From UHGV virus genome UHGV-0026213: a stretch of 64,000 bases of DNA; one strand, 5' to 3'. Position numbers and translations under genes: made by a program. The notes beneath the pieces were generated by a model. That model made no database searches. It was given only the letters and a program-made list of their open reading frames with translations, and was not told the origin of the DNA. This document shows positions 29,716-39,381 of the stretch, piece by piece. Position 1 is the stretch's first letter; each line of letters begins with the position of its first letter. The DNA is from a virus.

Positions 29716-31089
29716 TTACTCCTCGTCTAACTCGGTGTACCATTTCGCTTTCCGAGACAGGATACGATATTCTACGTTGTCGTATTCAAACACCCAGAAG
29801 TAGTTATCAGGGTCGGCCTCATCGACCAGTTTTACAACATCTAAGCTGGTTTGATACGGGTGGTATTCTTCCGCAGCAATAAGTGCCTGGAAGAATAACG
29901 CCAACCATTCGGTCGTTGTTTTCGACATACGCGCAATATCAGGGTTAGTCGTCGCAATTAACGCATAATCCGGGATAGTTTCGTGTAAGGTCGCTTTCCG
30001 TGTATCGTTTTCCGGCCCACTGATTACAACGCAGTTTAATGATTTATAAACTGTTGGTAAGTCAGTTACGTCTGTTGTAGGTTTACTGATCGTTTTAGTA
30101 TTTCTTTCTGCTACCGTCTGGTCTGCCCATTCTCCAAACCGACTGATAGCTTTGACCCAGAAATCATATGGAAGGATGGGGGAATAAAGCGCCGCCACAT
30201 CTTCCTCATTGGGTATCCCACGAATTTTCCATCCAGGGACAATTGTAAATTTCGTGGTAGTGAAAATTTCGGGAAATACTTTTACCCCGATAGGGACAGT
30301 AAAGCTAGAATTAGCGAGAATATGTTCTCGCAACGCTTGCTTTATTTTCGTTGGGTTTTTTCCCGCACGTCCGTAGATAATAACCGACATTGGGACAACT
30401 AGGGTAGACTCGTAGTTTTCTTGATCGTGCCAAGTATAGTAGTTGGTTTGGATAGCGGTATAAGGAAACCCTGCCATTAACTCATTGATTTTCTTATGGT
30501 GTTCGGTAAGGTTAAACCCTTCCATCGCCTTTTCAACGACTGACTTGGTCGACAAAAATGTGTCGATTGGCGAAATCGGCATCTGTACTTCGATTTCGAA
30601 CCCTGTGTAATCTTGATCGAAGTCTTCATCCGAGAACCAAACAATGATCTGATTATCTACATCAGTGTCATCTTGTACTTGATCTGCCGTTACTTCATAT
30701 TTCCAGCTCACCCAACGTGGGAACCAGTTACTGTTCGTCTGTATCATCGCACCAGACTGAACACCAGAAATGGTTGATTGGAATTGGCCTAATAACAGGC
30801 GCTGGAATTCGAGTTCGTCATTTCTCAGATTCCCCAAGATGGCTTGCTGGTAAATCCATTGAGAAACGGTTAGAATATGATCAGAAAATTCGGCTGGTAC
30901 AACAACCGTCTGTTTTTCTCGTTTAGACGTAAAAGTCACCAATTGAACTTGCAGATTGGTTTTAGTAAACGTCTGTTTACTCTTCGCGTACGAGAGTGTC
31001 AAATCCGACAGCTCGCCCACCGGAGCGGTGACGCCGTCCTGATTGTCAAACAGTGCCGGTATCTGAATAAAACCTTGTAAGTCTAACAT
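29716..31089 (-). CDS. Hypothetical protein (457 aa), first gene of a leftward two-gene island
   Basis: Long minus-strand ORF diverging from the 31115 plus gene. Confidence 0.5.
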   Translation of the reverse strand: MLDLQGFIQIPALFDNQDGVTAPVGELSDLTLSYAKSKQTFTKTNLQVQLVTFTSKREKQTVVVPAEFSDHILTVSQWIYQQAILGNLRNDELEFQRLLLGQFQSTISGVQSGAMIQTNSNWFPRWVSWKYEVTADQVQDDTDVDNQIIVWFSDEDFDQDYTGFEIEVQMPISPIDTFLSTKSVVEKAMEGFNLTEHHKKINELMAGFPYTAIQTNYYTWHDQENYESTLVVPMSVIIYGRAGKNPTKIKQALREHILANSSFTVPIGVKVFPEIFTTTKFTIVPGWKIRGIPNEEDVAALYSPILPYDFWVKAISRFGEWADQTVAERNTKTISKPTTDVTDLPTVYKSLNCVVISGPENDTRKATLHETIPDYALIATTNPDIARMSKTTTEWLALFFQALIAAEEYHPYQTSLDVVKLVDEADPDNYFWVFEYDNVEYRILSRKAKWYTELDEE

Positions 31090-31114
31090 AATTAAAAATA
31101 CTCCGAGGTGAGCA

Positions 31115-31618
31115 ATGGGTTCATTTTTTAAAGTGCTTCCGTTCTTCCTTCAGATGTTAATGGAAGCATTTAAACCAGGAGAAGGAGAAAACGTATCAAG
31201 AGCAAGCAAGATAATGACTTTAATCATCACGATCTTGTTGTCGTATTCTGGCTTCGTCTCCTACGCCTATGTACAACAGTTTCACGCGCTCGTTGCAGTG
31301 CAGTCTCATGACACGTATATGTCGCAGTCTTACCAAGAGATGAAACAAGATCGAGATAAACTAAAAGAAGATAATGGGAAGTTATACGACAGGCTCTTCG
31401 TTTGCCTCGGCCAGAAACCGCCATATGAAAGCACGTTTAATTCATCGAAAGCGAGCGGTACGGCGAAGGATCTGTCTTCGACAAAACCAGAAACTCCTGT
31501 TAATCCAGCTTCAACACCAGAACAACGTAAAGAGGCTTCGGCGAGACCTGTTGGCAATTTAAATGCGAACAGCTTTCGACAGGAGATCATAAAGACGCTA
31601 ACGTCTTCTAAGGAGTGA
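31115..31618 (+). CDS. Membrane-anchored coiled-coil protein (i-spanin-like architecture, tentative)
   Basis: One TM segment IMTLIITILLSYSGFVSYAYV followed by a charged helical region. Confidence 0.35.
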   Translation: MGSFFKVLPFFLQMLMEAFKPGEGENVSRASKIMTLIITILLSYSGFVSYAYVQQFHALVAVQSHDTYMSQSYQEMKQDRDKLKEDNGKLYDRLFVCLGQKPPYESTFNSSKASGTAKDLSSTKPETPVNPASTPEQRKEASARPVGNLNANSFRQEIIKTLTSSKE

Positions 31619-32077
31619 TTGATGAAAATGCTGTTATTCATCATGATGGTGTTCGTGGGGTTGGTGAGTAATAGCTACGGCGACGAAGTTAAACGTCCAG
31701 CTTATAGGCCACTGGAACTTCCTCCTACACCGCCAATAATGGTGAATTGGAAAATTGACAATAATGCAATGCGTGAGTATGTTGCGGATGTCAACACCTA
31801 TGCTTACTACGTTTATGTCTACACCCGAAATTTAAACCAACAAGCCGTTAAACGTGGCTGGAGCCCACCAATGCTGGCTCCACTTTGTGAACGTTATGAG
31901 TTACCGAAGTTACATGTTGTACCTGAACGCTTATCTCTTGATGAAAGTTCTTTAACGCCCCAAGAGATTAGCCGTGATTTATCGCGTAAACTCAATAATT
32001 TGTTGTGGAATTACCGTTCCGACCGTCAGACACTGCTCGATTCGTATAACCAATACTTGACATCGTGTTTGTACTGA
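31619..32077 (+). CDS. Secreted Pro-rich protein (152 aa)
   Basis: Signal peptide MMKMLLFIMMVFVGLVSNSYG with no lipobox Cys; PAYRPLELPPTPP. Confidence 0.4.
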   Translation: MMKMLLFIMMVFVGLVSNSYGDEVKRPAYRPLELPPTPPIMVNWKIDNNAMREYVADVNTYAYYVYVYTRNLNQQAVKRGWSPPMLAPLCERYELPKLHVVPERLSLDESSLTPQEISRDLSRKLNNLLWNYRSDRQTLLDSYNQYLTSCLY

Positions 32078-32167
32078 CACTCCCTCCTGTACCCTTTCGT
32101 GGTACAGGAGGGTCTTTCTTTTTAACGTTTACGACTATTTTAATGTAGACTAACAGGAGAATTCAAC

Positions 32168-32902
32168 ATGACCTACCCAAAAATTGTCACCCCGTACACA
32201 CCGACGCTGGTTATTGGCGCTGATGCTGAAACCAAATCATTACGTCCCGATGCTTATCTGTTAAGTGCAGGTTTAGTGGCTTTTGACGTCCCTACATTGA
32301 AAATGGTCGGTTCCTCATACATCCGTATTGATCCTAACGATCCTAAAGCAAAAGCCATTTTCCACGAAGACCCACAAACCGTCGGTTGGTGGGAAGGTAA
32401 AGGCGAACCCGAATACGCACCGTCTCGTGAAGCCTATGCGGAAGCATGGGGTGGGACGACAGCATTGCCAGACGCGCTGTGGGCGATGCAAAAATGGCTC
32501 GGGGAGATTACCGCAAAACATGAGTTTGTGATTACCATGCGTGGTCCTGACTTTGATGCACCGATTTTCATGAACGCGTTCGCACAATGTGATATTCCGC
32601 CAGGGAAATTCCGTAAATTTAGTGCACTGGATAGCGATCGTACCGCAGAACGGTTAGCCTTTGCATTTGGTTTCGAGCCTGACTTAACCGTAGAGCAAAT
32701 TTACTGGACACGCGGCAAGCCCGCTTTTGAGCACCACGCAATGTGGGATGCAGCAAAAGAAGCCTACACCACGGCACGTATTTACCACCTCGCTTTGGTC
32801 ACACGCCAATACGGGTTTGAACGCGCCAAAGCCTGTCACGAAGAACTGAAAACAGGCGAGTATGTTGCGCCGCAGATTCGTGATCAATTAACCAGGGATT
32901 AA
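32168..32902 (+). CDS. DEDDh-type 3'-5' exonuclease (DnaQ-like), putative
   Basis: LVIGADAET (D-x-E), MRGPDFDAPIF and HHAMWDAAKEAY (H-x4-D) resemble Exo motifs I-III. Confidence 0.5.
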   Translation: MTYPKIVTPYTPTLVIGADAETKSLRPDAYLLSAGLVAFDVPTLKMVGSSYIRIDPNDPKAKAIFHEDPQTVGWWEGKGEPEYAPSREAYAEAWGGTTALPDALWAMQKWLGEITAKHEFVITMRGPDFDAPIFMNAFAQCDIPPGKFRKFSALDSDRTAERLAFAFGFEPDLTVEQIYWTRGKPAFEHHAMWDAAKEAYTTARIYHLALVTRQYGFERAKACHEELKTGEYVAPQIRDQLTRD

Positions 32903-32904
32903 GA

Positions 32905-34425
32905 ATGAAGAACGTTGATGTTGCAGTAATTTACACGGATGGTAGCCATTTGACCTCCCCGCTCGGTACAGGAGCGGGGATTCATGGATACTTATTTAAT
33001 CGTGAAACGATTGAGGATGGTCGGGTTTATCGCCATCCCTCTATTCCCGAGGGGATTACGACGTCAGGATACCGCCAGATAAACAAGGATGAAAAACTTC
33101 CGCCTTTACCAGAAACCGTGGAGTTTATTGACGGTGTTGTGCCTGTACCAAAAATGTCGCACTCCGACGTTGCAGAACTCGTGGCTTTCCTGACCGTTTT
33201 CGAACATGCACCTTTCGTTGCCAAAAACTATGTTATCTATATCGACGCATCTTACGTTGTCAACACGTATAACGATTGGATTGATGGTTGGGCTGCACGA
33301 GGATGGCGACGTGCAGACGGTACGCCCATTGCGAACTTGGAATTAATCCAACGGATGTGGGAGGTTAAACAGCGGTTAAAGAAAGAAGGGAAAGGTGTTC
33401 GTGTCCTTAAAATTAAAGGGCACTCAGGACGCTATGGAAACGAACGTGCCGACGAGTTAGCACGGAAGGGTTCAAGTATCTCGGCACGAGGCGATGGGCT
33501 AGACTATACACCGTATTGGTCAAAAGACGAGATGCCTGAGGAAGATCAGCAACCAGAAGTTGTTGGTGAGGGTGTCAATTTGTCTGCCTTTCCCGATATC
33601 TGTGTTACGAAGTTCTGTTACCCGATGGTGAACGAACCCCATCCCACGGTTACGGTTAACGGTAATAAACTTTATTACATGTTCGGTGGGAACCATGCAA
33701 AACAGAAGGACGATATCGTCTTCGTTGGTAAGTACATTCCAGACGCACAATTCTGCGTAATGTTTACCAAAGAACCGTGGGATAACGTATACGAGTTGGT
33801 AAATACCCACTCTGCGAAAGCGTGGGAAGGGGTGCCCCGTTTACGTCGATTTGATCCCATCGCCGTTGTATTTAACTTATTCGTAAAGCGTAAAAAGTTC
33901 GCAGAAGCCGCAGCTAACGGTATTCCTATCGATCGGATGCATTTTAGCGAAGACAAAAACCTGTGGATGTTTGAAGATCTTTCGATTACACGAATTCTTC
34001 GTCCCGCGTTATTGTCTTATCGCTGCATTACGATTCGTGATGAGCTTGCAGGTTGGTTACGCGATGCCATGGAGGGGAAAAACTCAGTCGTAATGAACGA
34101 CATTACTGACCTGCTTTACGATGAGAAAGGTAAGCCGAAGAAAGACTTTTATCGTAACGTAGATAAAGGTTTTGACGTAACCATCCATATCCCTGGTAGC
34201 AAAAACAAGGTTAAAACCATCCTTACTCGTGGTATCGACATACCGACGCGTACGGAAATCAACCGTATGAAAGAACCAGAAGGACGATTCTACGTGGCGG
34301 TACGCCGTCCAGAACGGCAGTATATCGAATATGCGTTGGTTTATATCGGGGAAAAATATCATGGGTTGTGGTGCGGTTATTATTCAAACAAACGAATATT
34401 GACGGATAAGGAGCTTGAATGCTGA
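32905..34425 (+). CDS. RNase H-like protein with long C-terminal extension (506 aa)
   Basis: VAVIYTDGS, VAELVAF and KIKGHSGRYGNERADELARKG resemble the RNase HI catalytic motifs in the first ~190 aa. Confidence 0.6.
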   Translation: MKNVDVAVIYTDGSHLTSPLGTGAGIHGYLFNRETIEDGRVYRHPSIPEGITTSGYRQINKDEKLPPLPETVEFIDGVVPVPKMSHSDVAELVAFLTVFEHAPFVAKNYVIYIDASYVVNTYNDWIDGWAARGWRRADGTPIANLELIQRMWEVKQRLKKEGKGVRVLKIKGHSGRYGNERADELARKGSSISARGDGLDYTPYWSKDEMPEEDQQPEVVGEGVNLSAFPDICVTKFCYPMVNEPHPTVTVNGNKLYYMFGGNHAKQKDDIVFVGKYIPDAQFCVMFTKEPWDNVYELVNTHSAKAWEGVPRLRRFDPIAVVFNLFVKRKKFAEAAANGIPIDRMHFSEDKNLWMFEDLSITRILRPALLSYRCITIRDELAGWLRDAMEGKNSVVMNDITDLLYDEKGKPKKDFYRNVDKGFDVTIHIPGSKNKVKTILTRGIDIPTRTEINRMKEPEGRFYVAVRRPERQYIEYALVYIGEKYHGLWCGYYSNKRILTDKELEC

Positions 34426-35087
34426 TCGTTTATAGTGAGGTCTTGTCAAAAGCCCCTCGGTTTTTACAAACTCACTTTATGTATAACGCACGGCAGTATT
34501 GGGGCTTTAAAGCCCCTTACTCCGAAGATTGGGAAGTGGTGGAAAAGTTAGCATTTGTATTTTCTCTTTCGTTGTTGTGGGAGATCATTGCACTATACAA
34601 CGCAGGTTGTGATATCCCGGAGAACGGCTTTTTCCAACAACACCTATTCCAAAAATTCGCAGCAACGGTAGAAAATCATGAAGTACGCAAGGAGTGTATC
34701 GGCTACGCAGAGCATTCTGAAGAATTGAGAAAGATTTCCAAATTAGTTATCACGCGGACATGGGCTGAATTCGAAACTTACCCCGAAAAAATAATTTGGT
34801 TTAATCGTGAACAGTTTATTAAAGAGGCAGTCAGTCAACATCCCGTTCGATTAATCGTATTAAAGCCGACCGATCTTGCCTTACGCCACATCTATTCGTC
34901 TCCAGAGGAAATCGTTTTTTCCGCAGGAACAACAGATTATGGTATTTTTAAACAGGGGGATTCTTGGATTCTTCCACACGATTTAGACGGGTATTTGCTC
35001 AGTAGCGATCAGATACATTCGGGTTATGACTCACAGGTGAAGGAGTTTACAGTCGATCCTTTTTTCGCTAAAAATATTCTTAGATAG
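34419..35087 (+). CDS. Hypothetical protein (222 aa)
   Basis: ORF overlapping the upstream stop by 7 nt. Confidence 0.45.
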   Translation: MLIVYSEVLSKAPRFLQTHFMYNARQYWGFKAPYSEDWEVVEKLAFVFSLSLLWEIIALYNAGCDIPENGFFQQHLFQKFAATVENHEVRKECIGYAEHSEELRKISKLVITRTWAEFETYPEKIIWFNREQFIKEAVSQHPVRLIVLKPTDLALRHIYSSPEEIVFSAGTTDYGIFKQGDSWILPHDLDGYLLSSDQIHSGYDSQVKEFTVDPFFAKNILR

Positions 35088-35100
35088 ATATTATCCAGGT
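35085..35100 (+). promoter_or_regulatory. Promoter-like motif TAGATAGATATTATCC
   Basis: Second copy of the AGATATTATC motif, about 35 nt upstream of the 35124 gene. Confidence 0.35.
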
Positions 35101-35123
35101 GTAACACCATTGGAGTTATTAAA

Positions 35124-35867
35124 ATGTTAAAAGTTTATGTCCCTCAATTACAACGTATCAATCCCTCGTTGTTCGAGGGAATCTTTTATAAAATTTGGCC
35201 ACAATACTTCAATGAACACTTGAAGGACCCGAAGTGGTCAACCGTACAAGGAGAATTCTTTTATACCGCACAGACGGCTTGCACAATCGTCTTTACTCGT
35301 CTCATCTCCGAAGTTATCGAGGCTGTCAATACCAACCGAAACTTTGACCTTCGCGGCGTAGTCGAAATAGATCTCTCAGGGATCTTCGATAACTACGATT
35401 GCGATGACGCTGTATTCGAACATTTCTCTTCTGAAGATGTCTGGGAGGCCGTTTATCAATGGCTAGAATACTACATGAATTTTCTATTCTCTCCAGAGAT
35501 GTTAGAAAGTTTCAATAAAGCACTCTTCCCCATTTATAACGACTTGCTCAACGTTAAACAAACAAAGAACCTCGTTGGTTTCTGGTTTTCGATTTACGAC
35601 GCCGAATGTACGTTGTGGGAAAAAGAATTGATTGCTTACGGGATAGAACGTGGAGACTATGTTGAGCTTCACTGTGGTTTCTGGCCATTCAGTGACTACG
35701 AGAACGCACGGCTTGGTATCTCACGATTGTGGTCGTTTTATCTCTGTGAAGCTACGGGCGTTATTTACCTTGAAGACAGCGGAGCACAAATCCCTAATGG
35801 TGCTGTTGTAACTTACTGCCAGATTCGAGAAGATCGGGGTCGGGCAATTTATCAGGAATATGCATAA
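35124..35867 (+). CDS. Hypothetical protein (247 aa)
   Basis: SD cassette TTGGAGTTATTAAAATG. Confidence 0.5.
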   Translation: MLKVYVPQLQRINPSLFEGIFYKIWPQYFNEHLKDPKWSTVQGEFFYTAQTACTIVFTRLISEVIEAVNTNRNFDLRGVVEIDLSGIFDNYDCDDAVFEHFSSEDVWEAVYQWLEYYMNFLFSPEMLESFNKALFPIYNDLLNVKQTKNLVGFWFSIYDAECTLWEKELIAYGIERGDYVELHCGFWPFSDYENARLGISRLWSFYLCEATGVIYLEDSGAQIPNGAVVTYCQIREDRGRAIYQEYA

Positions 35868-36409
35868 TGAAAATACTTATCGATTTCTCACTCAGCGAGT
35901 CACGGGGTAAATTAAACAAACTGTTAAGTGGGATGCGTAGCCGCGTTGCGTTTGAACTGCACGACGCGATAGCAGTACATGAGAACAAGATTTCTGAAGA
36001 ACACAGTGGGGTCGAAATTACTATCCTGGATTCAGAAGCGATGGTGAATAATCTCATTGAACAGTTAGAGCGAAAAATCCATTCGGCCATGACATACCCA
36101 CATTTGGTGCGGGTAACTGATCCCGATACGGATATTCACCTGATTCTTGAGAAAGCCTTTCTACATGCCGCGCATTACTTACAGAATAATGCTCCAGATA
36201 CCCTCGACGAAGTGTATGTCGCCATATTGCAGCGGCAATCTTCAACGACGGATATAATAGACACAACGTGTTGGAGCGATATTCTTACCAACGAAACAAT
36301 GTCCCGTATCCGGGATATTTTCATTGAGACACTCGGGTTAGTTGAGAAAATCTGCCATGCTGAACTCATCTACCTATCGTCAAAATACGGAAAACCTAAG
36401 GAGGTATAA
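35867..36409 (+). CDS. Hypothetical protein (180 aa)
   Basis: Start overlaps the upstream stop (TAATG coupling). Confidence 0.5.
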   Translation: MKILIDFSLSESRGKLNKLLSGMRSRVAFELHDAIAVHENKISEEHSGVEITILDSEAMVNNLIEQLERKIHSAMTYPHLVRVTDPDTDIHLILEKAFLHAAHYLQNNAPDTLDEVYVAILQRQSSTTDIIDTTCWSDILTNETMSRIRDIFIETLGLVEKICHAELIYLSSKYGKPKEV

Positions 36410-36411
36410 CC

Positions 36412-36936
36412 ATGGATATTTTAATTCAGCTTCGTAAGAAAACAACCATTGCCACACCGATAGCGCTAGAGGAGAAAATCTCTGGCGCGGTTGCACGCAA
36501 GCTCTGTGGTGCTCACGGCTTTAGCGACCATCAGGAGCGGGTCGTTACTGTCGCCACATTACACAACTTACGACACACAGTGCATTACTGTTTAGTTGAC
36601 AACGTCACCATCACTCTTGATGATAACGTAAATGTCGACCAACTGCGACGCGAAATTGTCCACAAGATCGAGGCTTACAATAGACGTTTCGATCGGGCGT
36701 GTGCACGTTTAACTGATGACGAAGCACTACGGAAACGTTTGAAACTTGAAATTGAGTATGCGGCGCAACGTTACGGGATTGGCGGTACCGAACCGTGCCT
36801 GACTGAACAAGAAATCGCGTTAGCAATCGAGGTTTATACCACTCTCTGCTGCGTCATCCTAAAAGAGACCAACCACGAAATTACAAAAGCGTTGTTAAAC
36901 ACCGCAGACAAACTCTCCCCAATTTTAGGACAATAA
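36412..36936 (+). CDS. Hypothetical protein (174 aa)
   Basis: SD GGAGGT upstream. Confidence 0.5.
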   Translation: MDILIQLRKKTTIATPIALEEKISGAVARKLCGAHGFSDHQERVVTVATLHNLRHTVHYCLVDNVTITLDDNVNVDQLRREIVHKIEAYNRRFDRACARLTDDEALRKRLKLEIEYAAQRYGIGGTEPCLTEQEIALAIEVYTTLCCVILKETNHEITKALLNTADKLSPILGQ

Positions 36937-36937
36937 A

Positions 36938-37426
36938 ATGAACGTAAATGATATTATCAATCTTAGTAAAAGTGATATTGTGCATGAATTTCTCAATCAC
37001 GGTGCGCGTGTAAGAAAAGAAATTGAAGAGAAGTTGACCCCAATGGTTGCTTCCACTCCTTGGATGGCAGGATACGCTGCTGCCTACTTCAGTTTCCAGA
37101 GCGGAAAAGCATACATAGCTAACCTGTTTGATTTCTTCAATCCATCAAACGACCACATAACAGAAACAGACGTTCGACAACGCCTTCGCGATTGCCGGTA
37201 TCAGTTCTTAAGAAATGTTACTGATGCGTACAATTTAGAGGAATTTCCTACACCGATTGTTCCCTATACAGAACCGGAATGGGAAAATTTTTATAGACGA
37301 ATTTGGATTGGTGGGTCTTACGTGGCAGATATAATGGAAATCATCGAACGTAGTGAAAACCAACTTGCTCTGCAACTATGGGAGTGGTTAAAAGCCAATT
37401 ATCCGAACTACGTCCAAATAGATTAA
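36938..37426 (+). CDS. Hypothetical protein (162 aa)
   Basis: ORF followed by terminator hairpin CCCTAGC..GCTAGGG. Confidence 0.5.
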   Translation: MNVNDIINLSKSDIVHEFLNHGARVRKEIEEKLTPMVASTPWMAGYAAAYFSFQSGKAYIANLFDFFNPSNDHITETDVRQRLRDCRYQFLRNVTDAYNLEEFPTPIVPYTEPEWENFYRRIWIGGSYVADIMEIIERSENQLALQLWEWLKANYPNYVQID

Positions 37427-37485
37427 TAGACACCCTAGCTTCGGCTAGGGTTACTTTATTTTTAACCATTTTAGGAGAATAAACC

Positions 37486-38412
37486 ATGTATTTGTACAAA
37501 AGTAAAAAAGTAAAAGGTATTAAAGACTGCCTTAGACAAATGGGGAGTCAGCATCTAGAAAATGTCATGGAAGAAAACCAAACAAAAGAAAATCCCGTCT
37601 CGAAATGGATAAAAAAGAATCGTAAGCATTTAACTAATGCCTTTATACCCTACGATGCTGAGTTAGGTCTCAAAGATCCCCGTCCCCTTCACGCACAAAC
37701 GTTGGCAATCGGGTGGCTATATGGCGGAGTTTCCTTAATATCCAACCAAGCACTTAGAGAACTTGTTTTCGAGACTGAGATGCCCAGTAAATTCCCTGAA
37801 GAATGGTTGGACTTTATACCCGCATGGACTGTGGCAATCGATGTAGGTAAAGAGGATGAGACTTTCTTTCTCGGCTATCGAAAAAATGGGAAGAGAAGGT
37901 TTATTATAATCGCTACAAATACGGATTACGGGTTAACAGAAGGCGTTACCACAATTGCCACTTGTTCGTTAGAGCTTCGTAGTGCAGGGAACGGGCTTGT
38001 GGAAATCGACTATGCCGACGGCGTGGAGAACGAACAAGAAAGGATGTTATGGTTATCTCTGGCCAAAGCCGCCACATCGATGATATTTCTGTGCACGCTA
38101 ATCCCACCTAATTACAGGGAGTCTTTTAATGATATTAAGTTCAGGGAAATCAAAAAGAACGGTAGTATTAGTTACGACGTTAAACCTCGTGAACGTGATG
38201 TTAAGGTAGATATCACACCAGGACAAGTGAATTATCTAAAAGGGTTTAACACTGACTTGAAAACCATGCAGGGTATCAAACATGCTAAGGCTGCCCACAT
38301 CCGTCGCGCACACTGGCGTAGATATTGGGTCGGCCCAAGAAATGGTGAAAGAAAGAGAAAACTTTGTTGGATTCCACCAACATTTGTCCGTGGCTACGTA
38401 CCCCACAATTAA
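37486..38412 (+). CDS. Hypothetical basic protein, paralog 1 with C-terminal AAHIRRAHWRRYW motif
   Basis: Shares LAIGWLYGGV / FIPAWTVAIDV and the C-terminal motif with the next gene. Confidence 0.55.
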   Translation: MYLYKSKKVKGIKDCLRQMGSQHLENVMEENQTKENPVSKWIKKNRKHLTNAFIPYDAELGLKDPRPLHAQTLAIGWLYGGVSLISNQALRELVFETEMPSKFPEEWLDFIPAWTVAIDVGKEDETFFLGYRKNGKRRFIIIATNTDYGLTEGVTTIATCSLELRSAGNGLVEIDYADGVENEQERMLWLSLAKAATSMIFLCTLIPPNYRESFNDIKFREIKKNGSISYDVKPRERDVKVDITPGQVNYLKGFNTDLKTMQGIKHAKAAHIRRAHWRRYWVGPRNGERKRKLCWIPPTFVRGYVPHN

Positions 38413-38436
38413 GCTAAAGTGTTTAGGAGTATTAAA

Positions 38437-39336
38437 ATGACAACGAATAATAGACTTTACGGGAAAGCGCTAAGACGCATGAGCGAACAAATAGAAAAGG
38501 CACACCAAACAATTCACGGATTAGATCAGTGTCGTTTTATTCGGTTCATTAACGAGCATAAACGTCAAATACCCGTAACGTTTATGCCAGTTAAAGATCC
38601 GACCTATCGTGAGTATGGTGTTACCGAACAGATTCCCAGACTGATTAAGCAGTCTCTGGGACTAGGATGGCAATACGCTGCTGTTGAAATCATCTCGGAT
38701 GAAGAACTGATGGCGCTCTTAGCAAAAACTGAGAGACTAAAAAATATCCCGTACTTCTGGATAGAAACCATCCCATCATTTACTTTCTCGGTTACCGTAA
38801 ATCTCGACGAAACCCCAATCACGTTATTTATCGGAAGACGTCTTTACGAAGGCGAAGAAGTTCTCTTTGTGATGTCATGCGAAGAACATGACGAGTCGGT
38901 ATACATGGAGTTTGAGATTTACACGATCGATAAAAGTAATGATGATTTCGTGGAGTTAAAGCCGATCCTTACTTCGGTTAAGGAGAATCAACGACTACTC
39001 GACGCGGTCTACATCGGGCTATATCTTTCATCACGAATTAAACGAACTGAACGTGAGAAGAAAGAATTTCGCGGAAGGTCCATTCGTTATGTTCCTGATA
39101 CAGAAATTCGCCCACGTAGTGAAGCAGTCGTTTTAGATGTAAGTCCGGTACAATGGGAAGATATAGAGCAGCAACGCAAGGAAGGACACGAGGTTTGTTT
39201 GGCGATTTATTGCGCCGCACATATCCGTCGTGCGCATTGGAAGCGTGTATGGTGTGGTAAAATGACAGAAATGCGCTGGCGCGAATGGCGATGGATAGCG
39301 CCGAGTTACATTTCTGGATTTTATCGTGGGAAATAA
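38437..39336 (+). CDS. Hypothetical basic protein, paralog 2 with C-terminal AAHIRRAHWKRVW motif
   Basis: Start refined to ATG after the SD cassette TTAGGAGTATTAAAATG (ORF-track start 38419 is GTG). Trp/Arg-rich C-terminus. Confidence 0.55.
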   Translation: MTTNNRLYGKALRRMSEQIEKAHQTIHGLDQCRFIRFINEHKRQIPVTFMPVKDPTYREYGVTEQIPRLIKQSLGLGWQYAAVEIISDEELMALLAKTERLKNIPYFWIETIPSFTFSVTVNLDETPITLFIGRRLYEGEEVLFVMSCEEHDESVYMEFEIYTIDKSNDDFVELKPILTSVKENQRLLDAVYIGLYLSSRIKRTEREKKEFRGRSIRYVPDTEIRPRSEAVVLDVSPVQWEDIEQQRKEGHEVCLAIYCAAHIRRAHWKRVWCGKMTEMRWREWRWIAPSYISGFYRGK

Positions 39337-39337
39337 A

Positions 39338-39380
39338 TAGTTTACCCCTAGACCGTGTGGTCTAGGGGTAACTTTACTTT
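39338..39380. terminator. Bidirectional terminator between convergent genes
   Basis: CCCCTAGACCGTGTGGTCTAGGGG hairpin flanked by T-runs. Confidence 0.6.
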
Positions 39381-39381
39381 T

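Noticed and set aside
31227-31644. Minus-strand ORFs overlapping the 31115-31618 plus gene
   Set aside because: Antisense to a gene that has a transmembrane and coiled-coil architecture and a proper start context; Arg-rich translation is typical of antisense noise.
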